Part shown: positions 35,983 through 45,073 of the stretch, piece after piece
Position numbering within the stretch: the stretch's first letter is position 1
Layout of the letters: every line of letters begins with the position of its first letter
Origin: Polyangiales bacterium
GTDB lineage: Bacteria; Myxococcota_A; Polyangia; Polyangiales; Polyangiaceae
Length of the DNA: 64,000 nt
Assembly (NCBI GenBank): GCA_038239005.1
Contig: JBBSFE010000015.1
Span: forward strand, 3,154-67,153
Reading direction: 5' to 3'
Made by a program: the position numbers and the translations under genes
The notes under the pieces: generated by a model
What the model was told of the DNA's origin: nothing
What the model saw: the letters and a program-made list of their open reading frames with translations, nothing else
Databases searched by the model: none

Positions 35983-37323
35983 ATGACGAGAGGCGTCATG
36001 CACGCGTGCTTCCTAGACCTCTATGCGCGCCGGCGCGCCCACGTTCTCGCCGCCATGTCCGCGAGCGGCGAATCGGCGATTGCGGTGCTTCCGGCCGCGC
36101 CGACGTACATCCGCAACAACGACGTCGACCACGACTACCGGCAAGATTCCGACCTCTTCTACCTGACGGGCTTCGACGAGCCCCAAAGCGTCCTCGTCCT
36201 CGCGACCGCCGGGAACGACGCGCCCACGAGCGTTCTCTTCGTTCGCCCGCGCGATCCCGAACGCGAAGTCTGGGACGGGCCCCGCGCCGGGACGGAAGGC
36301 GCCAAAGCCGAGTTCGGCGTCGATGAAGCGTTCACGTTCGAAAAGCTCGTGACCGAGCTGCCGCGGCTCCTCTCGAACCGCAAGCGCCTCTACTACCGAC
36401 TTGGCCGCGATCGCGCCTTCGACGACCGCGTTCTCGAGGCGATGGATGCAACGCGTCGTCGCGCGCGCACGGGCATCTCGTGGCCCACCGACATTTCCGA
36501 CCCCGCAACCATCCTCCACGAGATGCGCCTCTTGAAGGGCACCGAAGATCTCGACGCCATGCGCACGGCCGCACGCATCACACGCGACGCACACCTTCGC
36601 GCGATGTCACACGCGCGTCCGGGCATGCACGAATACGAAGTGGAAGCGCTCTTGCTCGAGACGTTCCGCAAGAACGGCAGCGAGCGCCCCGCGTATGGGA
36701 GCATCGTCGGCTCCGGCGCCAACGCGACCGTGCTCCATTACCGCGCCAACAACCGGAAGATGGAAGAGGGCGATCTCCTCCTCATCGATGCGGGCTGCGA
36801 ATACGGCTACTACGCAAGCGACGTCACACGCACGTTCCCCGTGAGCGGCAAGTTCACGCCCGAGCAGCGCGCGATTTACCAAATCGTGCTCGACGCACAG
36901 ATGGCGAGCATCGAAGCCACGCGCGAAGGCGCGACTCTCGAAGAAGTGCACATGAAGAGCGTCGAGATCGTGACGCGCGGCCTTCTCGACGTCGGCGTGC
37001 TCAAGGGCGACGTCGGCGAGCTCGTCGAAAAGGAAGCCTACAAGCCGTACTTCATGCACCGCACGAGTCACTGGCTCGGCATGGACGTGCACGACGTCGG
37101 CTCGTACTACGTGGGCGGCAAACCCCGCGTCTTGGCAGAGGGCATGGTGCTCACGGTGGAGCCCGGCATCTACATCCCCGCAAAGGACGACAAGGTCGAC
37201 GCGAAATGGCGCGGCATCGGCGTCCGCATCGAAGACGACATCCTCGTATCGAAGGATGGTCCGGTGAACCTCACCATCGACATCCCGAAGACTATCGAAG
37301 ACCTCGAAGAAGCCTGCTCGTAA
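35983..37323 (+). CDS. pepP: Xaa-Pro aminopeptidase (M24B)
   Basis: N-terminal AMP_N-like region (YRQDSDLFYLTGF) and a metal-binding core (LLLIDAGCEYGYYASDVTRTFP, HWLGMDVHD, EPGIY). GGAGG lies 12 nt upstream of the ATG. Confidence 0.9.
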   Translation: MTRGVMHACFLDLYARRRAHVLAAMSASGESAIAVLPAAPTYIRNNDVDHDYRQDSDLFYLTGFDEPQSVLVLATAGNDAPTSVLFVRPRDPEREVWDGPRAGTEGAKAEFGVDEAFTFEKLVTELPRLLSNRKRLYYRLGRDRAFDDRVLEAMDATRRRARTGISWPTDISDPATILHEMRLLKGTEDLDAMRTAARITRDAHLRAMSHARPGMHEYEVEALLLETFRKNGSERPAYGSIVGSGANATVLHYRANNRKMEEGDLLLIDAGCEYGYYASDVTRTFPVSGKFTPEQRAIYQIVLDAQMASIEATREGATLEEVHMKSVEIVTRGLLDVGVLKGDVGELVEKEAYKPYFMHRTSHWLGMDVHDVGSYYVGGKPRVLAEGMVLTVEPGIYIPAKDDKVDAKWRGIGVRIEDDILVSKDGPVNLTIDIPKTIEDLEEACS

Positions 37324-37368
37324 GGCGAGGCTTTTGGCCTGGCGCGCGCCGTGCGCTAGATGTGAAGC

Positions 37369-38244
37369 GTGCAGAATGCCATCGCCGCTTTCGTGGAGCA
37401 TTTGCGCTCCGAGAAGCGCGCGTCGCCGCACACGGTCGAGAGCTACGGCCGAGACTTGCGCGGGCTTCACGCGTTCTTGCTCGAGAAGCGCGGCAAAGAA
37501 CCAAAGCTCGCGGACGTCGACATCTATGCGCTCCGCGGTTGGCTCGGGTCGATCGCGCGAACGCATGCGCCAAGCAGCGTCGCGCGCCACATCGCAACGG
37601 TAAGGACGTTCTTTCGATGGGCGCGTCGCTCGTCGCTCGTCACGAAAGATCCGGCGGAGCTCTTGTCGAGCCCGAAAGTGCGCCGGCCTCTCCCGACGCT
37701 CGTATCGGCTGCGGCCGCCGGGGAAATCGTCGAGACGCCCGATGGCGCGCGTGATCGCGCCGCCCTCGAGCTGATGTACGGCTCGGGGCTTCGCGTGAGC
37801 GAGCTCTGCGGATTGGATCTCGGCGATGTCGATCTGCGCGAGCGTCGCGTGCGCGTCACGGGCAAGGGCAACAAAGAGCGCATCGTTCCGCTCGGTGACA
37901 AAGCAGCGGCTGCCGTCGAAGCTTGGCTCGAGATGCGCCCCAACACCGAAGAGCGCGCGCTTCTTCTGTCGTCGCGCGGACGCAGGCTTGGTGTGCGCGC
38001 GGTGCAGCTCATGACGAAGAAGAGCGGTGCGCTCGGAGCCGGTCGCGCCGATCTCCACCCGCACGCGCTTCGTCATGCGTGCGCGACGCACATGCTCGAT
38101 GGCGGCGCAGACTTGCGATCGATTCAGGAAATCCTCGGTCACTCGTCGCTCACGACGACGCAGCGCTACACCCACGTGTCCATCGACCACCTCATGCGCG
38201 TCTACGATGCGGCGCATCCACTCGCGAAAAAGAAAATAGGTTAG
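37369..38244 (+). CDS. xerC: tyrosine recombinase, XerC/XerD family
   Basis: 291 aa with an N-terminal SAM-like domain (FVEHLRSEKRASPHTVESYGRDL) and catalytic region HPHALRHACATHMLDGGADLRSIQEILGHSSLTTTQRYTHV. XerC and XerD cannot be told apart by eye. Confidence 0.85.
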   Translation: MQNAIAAFVEHLRSEKRASPHTVESYGRDLRGLHAFLLEKRGKEPKLADVDIYALRGWLGSIARTHAPSSVARHIATVRTFFRWARRSSLVTKDPAELLSSPKVRRPLPTLVSAAAAGEIVETPDGARDRAALELMYGSGLRVSELCGLDLGDVDLRERRVRVTGKGNKERIVPLGDKAAAAVEAWLEMRPNTEERALLLSSRGRRLGVRAVQLMTKKSGALGAGRADLHPHALRHACATHMLDGGADLRSIQEILGHSSLTTTQRYTHVSIDHLMRVYDAAHPLAKKKIG

Positions 38245-38253
38245 AACTCGCGC

Positions 38254-40479
38254 ATGATCGTTCGGCGCGCGCTCCTTGCGTGCGAGGGAGGCCTCGTCGG
38301 CGCGGCTCTCGTCGCGCTCGTCGAAGCGCGCGCGGTCGCAGCTCGCGGAGTAACGATGGGGTCGGTCGCGCTCGCAGACTGGGCGGTGCTCGTGCCCGTC
38401 GCGATCGGCGTATCGGCCGCGGTGGCGCTAGCGCACGTGTATTTCGAGCCCGATGAGCTTCGTTCGCCGGCCGAGATCATCGCGGCGATTCGTGCCGAGC
38501 CGGTGCTGCTTCGTTCGCGCACGGCAGCGATGGGTCCGCTCGCGGTCGCTGCAGCGTTCGTCGGGCTCGTGGTGCTGGCTCGAGGCGCGCGCTCGGTGCT
38601 CGCGCGTGGGCACGCGGCGGGGGCGGGCCTCGAGCTCGCTGGGATGTCGGCCGCGATTCTTTTTGCGGGCGCGATTGCGGTGCTCGCGCTCGCAAAGCCC
38701 ATGCGGCGCGCTCTCGCATCGGGTGCCGATCGCGTTCCACGATTGCTAGACCCGGTGTCGACCACGGGCGTGGCGCTCGCGATCGTGCTTGCGATGTTCG
38801 CGTACGGCATCCACGTGGGCGACGCCGGCGGTGACGGACCCACGTCGCTCGCGATCTTCGGCGTCCTCTCGCGCGCCGAGTTGGATTTGCGGCCGCTGCT
38901 CGATCTAGCGGCGATCGCGGTGTCTGCGTACATCTTTCCCGTCGCGCTCGTGCGCGGTCGTCGCTCGCTCCAAGCATCGCTCATCGCGGCAGTCGTGATC
39001 ACGGGCTCGGTCGTGTGGACGGCGCGTGAGGCGAAGGCGTTCGCCAAGACGCCACAGGTGACGCGCGCCGTCGAGCACGCGCCGCTCGGGCGCATGGCGC
39101 TCGCCGCACTGCGCCGCGCGTCCGACAAAGATCACGATGGCGCCTCCGCGCTCTTCGGCGGTGGCGATTGCGACGACCGCGATCCCAAACGGAACCCGCT
39201 GGCGTTCGACATTCCCGGAAACGGCATCGACGAGGACTGCTCCGGCTCCGACACGCCCATCCCGCCGCCACCTCCGCCACCGCCACCGCCACCGAAGGTC
39301 GCGCTTCCAACCGATCTCAACGTGATTTTGATCACGATCGACACGATGCGCCTCGACGCGGGTTTCGCGGGCTACGACAAACCCGTGACGCCGAACCTCG
39401 ATGCGCTAGCCCAAAAGAGCGTCGTGTTCGATCGCACCTACTCGCTCGCGTCGTACACGGGGAAAAGCATCGGCCCGTTCTTGATCGGAAAATATCCGAG
39501 CGAAACGGATCGCGACGGCAGCCACTTCAACAAATATTCGACGAAGAACGTGCTCGTCGCCAAAAGGTTGCATGATGCAGGCATTCGTACGTTCGGTGCT
39601 GCGTCGCACTGGTACTTCGCGCCGTGGAGCGGGCTCTCGCAAGGCATGGACGAATGGGACATTTCCGCGAAGCCGAGCGAGGGACAGGGCGAGGAGGACA
39701 CCTCCATCACGAGCGACAAGCTCTCGGACGCGGCGCTTCGATTGCTCAAGAAACCCGAAAACACCGGCTCGCGCTTTTTCATGTGGGTCCACTATTTCGA
39801 TCCGCACGCGCAGTACATGCCGCACCCGGGTGCGCCTGATTTTCTCGGCGATGGTCGCGGCGGTGTCGCGGCGACACGCGCGCTCTACGACGGCGAGCTC
39901 TGGTTCACCGACAAGCACATCGGTCGCGTGCTCGACTACGTCGCGTCGCAACCATGGGGCGACAAAACCGCGATCGTCGTCACGAGCGATCACGGCGAAG
40001 CGTTCGGCGAGCACAACATGAGCTGGCACGGCGGCGATTTGTGGGAGCCGCTCGTGCGTGTGCCGCTCGTCGTGTACGTGCCGGGCACCAAAGGCCACCA
40101 CGTCGCCGTGAAACGCAGCCACATCGATCTCGTGCCGACGCTGCTCGATCTCTTCGCGCTACCGCAGCCGCCGCCCGGCGAGCTCGCGGGGCGCACGCTG
40201 ATCGGCGACATCGCGGGCGACGGGCCTTACGAAGAGCGCGATGTCTACATGGACATGCCCGTGGGCCCGTACACGCCGATGCGCAAAGCGATCATCGTCG
40301 GCGACATGAAGCTCACATACGCCGGCGGCACCCTCTATCAGCTCTACGATCTCGCGACCGATGCCGAGGAGAAGAATGATCTCTCGACGGACGCCGAGCG
40401 TCTCGCGCCCATCGTGAAGGCGTTCGAAACGCAGCGTGCACGCACGACCGAAATCGACGTGAAGCCCGACGCTCCCTGA
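38254..40479 (+). CDS. polytopic membrane protein fused to a sulfatase-like (alkaline-phosphatase superfamily) hydrolase/transferase domain
   Basis: 741 aa. About 280 aa of TM helices are followed by a DKDHDG...CDDRDPKRNP...GIDEDCSG metal-binding-type motif and a P11 linker. Then comes the sulfatase fold (VILITIDTMRLD, VVTSDHGEAFGEH). Confidence 0.85.
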   Translation: MIVRRALLACEGGLVGAALVALVEARAVAARGVTMGSVALADWAVLVPVAIGVSAAVALAHVYFEPDELRSPAEIIAAIRAEPVLLRSRTAAMGPLAVAAAFVGLVVLARGARSVLARGHAAGAGLELAGMSAAILFAGAIAVLALAKPMRRALASGADRVPRLLDPVSTTGVALAIVLAMFAYGIHVGDAGGDGPTSLAIFGVLSRAELDLRPLLDLAAIAVSAYIFPVALVRGRRSLQASLIAAVVITGSVVWTAREAKAFAKTPQVTRAVEHAPLGRMALAALRRASDKDHDGASALFGGGDCDDRDPKRNPLAFDIPGNGIDEDCSGSDTPIPPPPPPPPPPPKVALPTDLNVILITIDTMRLDAGFAGYDKPVTPNLDALAQKSVVFDRTYSLASYTGKSIGPFLIGKYPSETDRDGSHFNKYSTKNVLVAKRLHDAGIRTFGAASHWYFAPWSGLSQGMDEWDISAKPSEGQGEEDTSITSDKLSDAALRLLKKPENTGSRFFMWVHYFDPHAQYMPHPGAPDFLGDGRGGVAATRALYDGELWFTDKHIGRVLDYVASQPWGDKTAIVVTSDHGEAFGEHNMSWHGGDLWEPLVRVPLVVYVPGTKGHHVAVKRSHIDLVPTLLDLFALPQPPPGELAGRTLIGDIAGDGPYEERDVYMDMPVGPYTPMRKAIIVGDMKLTYAGGTLYQLYDLATDAEEKNDLSTDAERLAPIVKAFETQRARTTEIDVKPDAP

Positions 40480-40489
40480 AAAACTGCGT

Positions 40490-41050
40490 TCAAGCCGCTT
40501 CGAGCAAGGTGCGGAGGCGAGCGCGTGCGCGATGAAGGCGCGAGCGGACGGCGCTTTCGCTGATGCTCAGCTGCGCGGCGATTTCTTGGAGACCCAAATC
40601 ATGGTGGTAGTGCGCGACGACGACGTCGCGATAGTCATCCGGCAACGCAGCGAGAGCCGTTGCCACGGCCGCGCGCATCGCGCTCGATTCGAGTCGTGCG
40701 CCGGGAAGCTCTTCGTCGCTCTCGTGCGCAGCAATCGCGGAGTCGAAGTCGGCGACGTCGACGACACGCGCGCGCAAGCGGCGCTGCGATCACATGAGCA
40801 TGAGCGCTTCGTTCGCGGTCACACGAAAAAGCCACGTGGAGAAGCTCGAGTCGCCTCGAAACGAAGACAACTTGCGCAGCACTTGGATGAGCGTGACCTG
40901 GAGAAGATCGCGACGGTCTTCGTCCGTGAGCGGGTAACGGAGCAGCTGTCGTTCGATGTGCGGCGATGAACGTGTGACGATTTCGCGCAGTGATGGTTTG
41001 TCGCCCGCGAGGGCTCGTTCGACGAGAGCGGTTTCGAGAACGAGAGCCAC
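40490..41050 (-). pseudogene. ECF-type RNA polymerase sigma-70 family factor interrupted by one in-frame TGA (40790-40792)
   Basis: Track ORFs 40790..41050 (region 2: FSTWLFRVTANEALMLM) and 40490..40777 (region 4: LPDDYRDVVVAHYHHDLGLQEIAAQLSISESAVRSRLHRARARL) are in the same frame. Only one TGA separates them: ...NEALMLM*SQRRLRARVV... Confidence 0.8.
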
Positions 41051-41139
41051 CGAGGGGGCGACGAAGCGAAGTACGTGCCAGCGCGAAACACCGCGTTTTC
41101 GCTCTCTCGACGTGCTTCAAGATGTAGGAAAAACGACAG

Positions 41140-42288
41140 GTGCAAGGCCGGAAGACACCTGTAGAGTTGCGGGTCGTGGGTAATCAGCTCCCGGCTGGCA
41201 TGCGCGATCTCCTCCCGGAGGAAGCACGCGAGCGGCGCGTTCTCGCGGGCCGTGTGCTCGCGCGACTCGAGCTTTTTGGTTACGAGCTCGTGCTTCTGCC
41301 TGCGTTCGAGTTCGCCGAAGTGCTCGAGCGTGGGCTCGGTGCGCTCGATCCGAGTGAGGTGCTCCGGTTCGTCGAGCCCGAGTCGGGTGAAGTCGCAGCG
41401 CTTCGACCAGACATGACTCCGCAAATCGCGCGCCTCATCGCAACGCGCCTGGGTGGACGCCCAGCGCCGTACCGTCTTGCCTACGAAGGAACGGTCTTGC
41501 GGCGCCGCAGCGGCCGCGCGAGAAAGCGCAGGCAGATCCCGCAAGTCGGCGTCGAGCTCGCAGGTGTTGCGGGCGTCGCGGGTGATGTCGAAGTGCTCGA
41601 AGTGATGTCGAGCGTCCTCGAAGCCGCAGGGCTCCAAGATTTCGTGATCGATCTTGGTGATGCAGGCGTGGTGCGCGCACTCGTCTCCGATCTCGCACCC
41701 GAGAGCGTTGCTGCAATCGCAGATGCGGTCGGTCGTCGCGACGAAACCGAGATCGCCTCACGCGTGCGTGATGCCGGAGGCGATCCATCCGTGCTCATCG
41801 AGCTCCTGCGCACGAAGAGCTTCGACGACGGCGCACGACTTCTCGCGAAGACCGCCGCGGCGCCGGCAGCCGAGCGACTCGCTGCGCTTCATCGCGCCGC
41901 ACTTTCACGCGGGCTCGGCGACCGACTCACCGCGGACCTTGGCGAGATTCGCTCGGCCGCGTACTACACCGGCATGCTCTTTCGCGCGTACGCACGCGGT
42001 TGTCCCGACGCGATCGGCTCCGGCGGGCGCTACGACGAGCTCCTCGGGCGCTTCGGCGCGCCGATGCCTGCCGTCGGCTTCGCGATCGACCTCGACGCGC
42101 TCACGCTCGCCGTTCGCGCGGCATCCGCGCTCGACAAACCTCGTGAGCGCGTGCTCGTGATCGGCAGCGACGAAAAGGCACGCGCGCTTCGAGCAGGCGG
42201 AGTTCCCGCCGTCGTGCGCGCCGACAAAGAAGGTGCGGATGACTACGCGCGCGCGTGGGGCTTCACGCGCGTGGAGAGTTCGTCATGA
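41140..42288 (+). CDS. hisZ: ATP phosphoribosyltransferase regulatory subunit (HisRS paralog)
   Basis: LPAGMRDLLPEEA, an HisRS-like core, GGRYDELLGRFG and no anticodon-binding domain. The GTG start is uncertain. Confidence 0.8.
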   Translation: MQGRKTPVELRVVGNQLPAGMRDLLPEEARERRVLAGRVLARLELFGYELVLLPAFEFAEVLERGLGALDPSEVLRFVEPESGEVAALRPDMTPQIARLIATRLGGRPAPYRLAYEGTVLRRRSGRARKRRQIPQVGVELAGVAGVAGDVEVLEVMSSVLEAAGLQDFVIDLGDAGVVRALVSDLAPESVAAIADAVGRRDETEIASRVRDAGGDPSVLIELLRTKSFDDGARLLAKTAAAPAAERLAALHRAALSRGLGDRLTADLGEIRSAAYYTGMLFRAYARGCPDAIGSGGRYDELLGRFGAPMPAVGFAIDLDALTLAVRAASALDKPRERVLVIGSDEKARALRAGGVPAVVRADKEGADDYARAWGFTRVESSS

Positions 42289-43565
42289 TGAGAGGCGTCG
42301 TCGTCGTCGGTGCGCAATGGGGTGACGAAGGCAAGGGCAAGATCGTCGACATCCTCACCGAGCACGCCGATGTCGTCGTGCGTTTCGCGGGAGGACCCAA
42401 CGCCGGACACACGCTCGTCGTCGGCAACGAGAAAGTGATCGTGCGCCTCGTGCCGAGCGGCATCCTCCGCAAAGGAACGACATGCGTTCTCGCGCAAGGG
42501 ATGGTCATCGACCCTGTGCGGCTATGCGACGAGATCGACGAGCTCACCAAACGCGGACACGTTGAGGCGCAAGCCCTCCACATCTCGGATCGCGCGCACG
42601 TGATCCTCGGCTATCACCGCCTCGTCGATGGGCTTCGCGAGCAAGTGTCGGCGTCCGCGCTCGGCACGACGAAGCGCGGCATCGGTCCTTGTTACGAGGA
42701 CAAAGCGGCGCGCCGCGGCATCACGATGGGTGCGTTTCGCAACATGACGACCATGCGCGAGCTCGCTGCGCGCGCGCTCGACGCTTGGAGGCCCACCATC
42801 ACCGCACTCGGTGGGACGACGCCATCGGTCGATGAAGTGATCGGCGAGCTCGAGCCACTCGCAAAGCGTTTGGTGCCGCGTTTGTGCGACGCATCTGCGC
42901 TCGTCGATGGCGCGCTGCGCGGCGGCAAGACGGTGCTCTTCGAAGGTGCCCAGGGCACGCTTCTCGACGTCGACCACGGAACGTATCCGTTCGTTACCTC
43001 GTCGAACGCGGTCGCGGGCGGCGCATGCACGGGCGTCGGTGTCGGTCCGACGCGCATCGGGCGCGTCATCGGCCTCGTGAAAGCGTATTGCACGCGCGTC
43101 GGCGCCGGCCCGTTTCCCACCGAGCTCGACGACGCCGTAGGCGAGCGTCTCCGAAAAGTCGGCGACGAGTTCGGCTCGGTGACAGGGCGACCGCGCCGCA
43201 CGGGCTGGTTGGATTTGCCTGCGCTTCGCTATGCAGCGCGCATCAACGGTCTCGATCGCATTGCCATCACGAAGCTCGACGTGCTCACGGGTCTCACGAC
43301 ATTGCGCGCGTGCGTCGGTTACGACACACCGGCGGGCAAGACCGACGAGCTTCCCACGAGCGATCTCGCACACGCGACGCCGATCTACCGCGACTGCGAG
43401 CCCTGGAACGACGATCTCTCGCGAGCGCAAAAGATGGAGGACCTCCCGAGCTCCGCACGCGACTACGTCCGGATGATCGAAGAGGCCGCCGGCTGCGAAG
43501 CCATGATCGTCAGCGTCGGCTCGCGCCGCAACGAGACGATCATCCGCAGCAAAGTCTTCGAGTGA
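42285..43565 (+). CDS. purA: adenylosuccinate synthase
   Basis: MMRGVVVVGAQWGDEGKGKIVD P-loop and full-length collinearity with PurA. The ATG overlaps the hisZ stop. Confidence 0.95.
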   Translation: MMRGVVVVGAQWGDEGKGKIVDILTEHADVVVRFAGGPNAGHTLVVGNEKVIVRLVPSGILRKGTTCVLAQGMVIDPVRLCDEIDELTKRGHVEAQALHISDRAHVILGYHRLVDGLREQVSASALGTTKRGIGPCYEDKAARRGITMGAFRNMTTMRELAARALDAWRPTITALGGTTPSVDEVIGELEPLAKRLVPRLCDASALVDGALRGGKTVLFEGAQGTLLDVDHGTYPFVTSSNAVAGGACTGVGVGPTRIGRVIGLVKAYCTRVGAGPFPTELDDAVGERLRKVGDEFGSVTGRPRRTGWLDLPALRYAARINGLDRIAITKLDVLTGLTTLRACVGYDTPAGKTDELPTSDLAHATPIYRDCEPWNDDLSRAQKMEDLPSSARDYVRMIEEAAGCEAMIVSVGSRRNETIIRSKVFE

Positions 43566-44296
43566 CGGCACGCCTCGTCACGATTCGCTTCTCGCACTAT
43601 TGCGAGAAGGCGCGCTGGGCTCTCGAACGCGCACACATCGCCTTCGTCGAAGAGGCGCACGTGCCCATGCTCTCGTGGCTCGGCACACTCGGCGCGCGCG
43701 GGTCACGCACGGCGCCCGTGTTCGTTGTCGGGAGCCGGGTGCTTCCCGAATCGACCGACGTGCTGCGCTACGCCGACGAGCACGGTGACGCGGAGCCGCT
43801 CTTCACGGGCGACGCCGAGGTCGAGCGTCTCGAAGAGCGCTTCGATCACGTGCTTGGTCCGACGGTCCGGCGCGTGATCTATTTCGACGTGCTCCAGTTG
43901 CCACGCGCAACGGTCGCGAAGCTGCTCGGCACGGGTACACCCGCGTGGGAGCGCGTCATCGCGCGCATCGCGACGCCCGTGTTCACGACCGGGATTCGTC
44001 GCGGCCTTGGAGTCGTTCCCGAGAAAGTCGCGCGCTCACGCGAAGCGATCGACACGATTTTCTCGGAGGTCGAAGAGTTGCTACGCGACGGTCGCCGCTT
44101 TCTCACAGGCGATCGCTTCACCGCAGCTGATCTCACGTTTGCATCGCTGGCGGCCCCGCTGATCTACCCCGACCGTTACGCGGCCTACGCGCTTCCGCGC
44201 TCGGATCTCTCGGAGGCGCTCCATGATTTGAGCGTGAACTACGGCGAGCGCCCAGCCGGGCAATTCGTCATGCGGATGTATGCCGAGGAGCGTTGA
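43562..44296 (+). CDS. glutathione S-transferase family protein
   Basis: The GTG start overlaps the purA stop (GTGA). N-terminal thioredoxin-like RFSHYCEKARWALE and C-terminal FLTGDRFTAADLTFASL. The upstream part of the track ORF is an artefact. Confidence 0.7.
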   Translation: MTARLVTIRFSHYCEKARWALERAHIAFVEEAHVPMLSWLGTLGARGSRTAPVFVVGSRVLPESTDVLRYADEHGDAEPLFTGDAEVERLEERFDHVLGPTVRRVIYFDVLQLPRATVAKLLGTGTPAWERVIARIATPVFTTGIRRGLGVVPEKVARSREAIDTIFSEVEELLRDGRRFLTGDRFTAADLTFASLAAPLIYPDRYAAYALPRSDLSEALHDLSVNYGERPAGQFVMRMYAEER

Positions 44297-44705
44297 TCAC
44301 CGCGCATCCGTTCCTCCATCGTGTTAGCGGGACGATCTGCTGGCGACGCTTCATTCTAGCGGCACAGCGAAGGCTTGCGGCGGTAAAGGGTCGACGACCC
44401 CTCGCGCAAGAACTACTGCAACCAACTTGCGGAGACGTGACCTGAACTGCGCGAACGCGACGTGCGCAACGTTGTCGTCAGCCAGCGCAAGCTGGTGCCT
44501 CGAGGCATTCAAAGCCGAGACGTGCGCCAGCTTCAAGCCGGAGTTCATTCGCAGTTCACGAGCGGGCAATCGGGTAAGTGCGTCGGGCCAATCCTGATGC
44601 TCGGCGACCCGGAGGTCAGCAACTGACGACGTCGACGACGCAGTCTGGTCGGTATGACATTCGTCGATCCAGCCGCAAATAACTACACGGCGACGAGCTG
44701 CTCGT

Positions 44706-45030
44706 TCACCTATCCGAGCAGCGGCGGAATTTACGAGAACTGCCTCTCGCAGTGACACCTGGGCGTTCGTCGAGATGGACGAGGCCGCGGCGTCGCCAGC
44801 CAGTGGCGCCCAGCCAGGTTCGTGAAGCGAACACCGGGCACGGCTCGGCCGATGGCACGACGCGCTTGGCGAAACCGGCAAACCAAGGCGCTGAAGAGAA
44901 CGCGTCGACTCCCGAGGCGATGCGCGCGCCGTGTTTTCTTGCGTTCATCAAAACGTAGACGATCGCGTTTAGCGCGGTCAGCCCTCGGAGGTTTTGTCGG
45001 CGCGCGCGCCATCCATGCAGCCGTTTGCGA
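44706..45030 (-). pseudogene. remnant (C-terminal third) of a RAYT/IS200-like transposase
   Basis: The frame of track ORF 44706..45146 reads ...LRGLTALNAIVYVLMNARKHG...DAFSSAPWFAGF...ASRTWLGATGWRRRGL. This matches the tail region of the family seen intact at 14918..15520 (AVRYVAENARKH...ARTWLL). No HUH motif is present upstream. Confidence 0.4.
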
Positions 45031-45073
45031 AGTACACTCAATCGCGTGGCGCCGTACGGCTCTGCGGAGCGAT

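Noticed and set aside
40790-40792. The in-frame TGA in the ECF sigma gene read as selenocysteine or programmed recoding.
   Set aside because: I saw no SECIS-like hairpin immediately downstream, and there is no functional reason for Sec in a sigma-factor linker. A CGA to TGA mutation or a sequencing error is far simpler.
44351-44881. A 176-aa minus-strand ORF as a real gene.
   Set aside because: It overlaps the transposase-remnant frame, lacks the local third-position GC bias, has no recognisable motif or start signal, and its N-terminal part is implausible. I left it uncalled and flagged the region instead.
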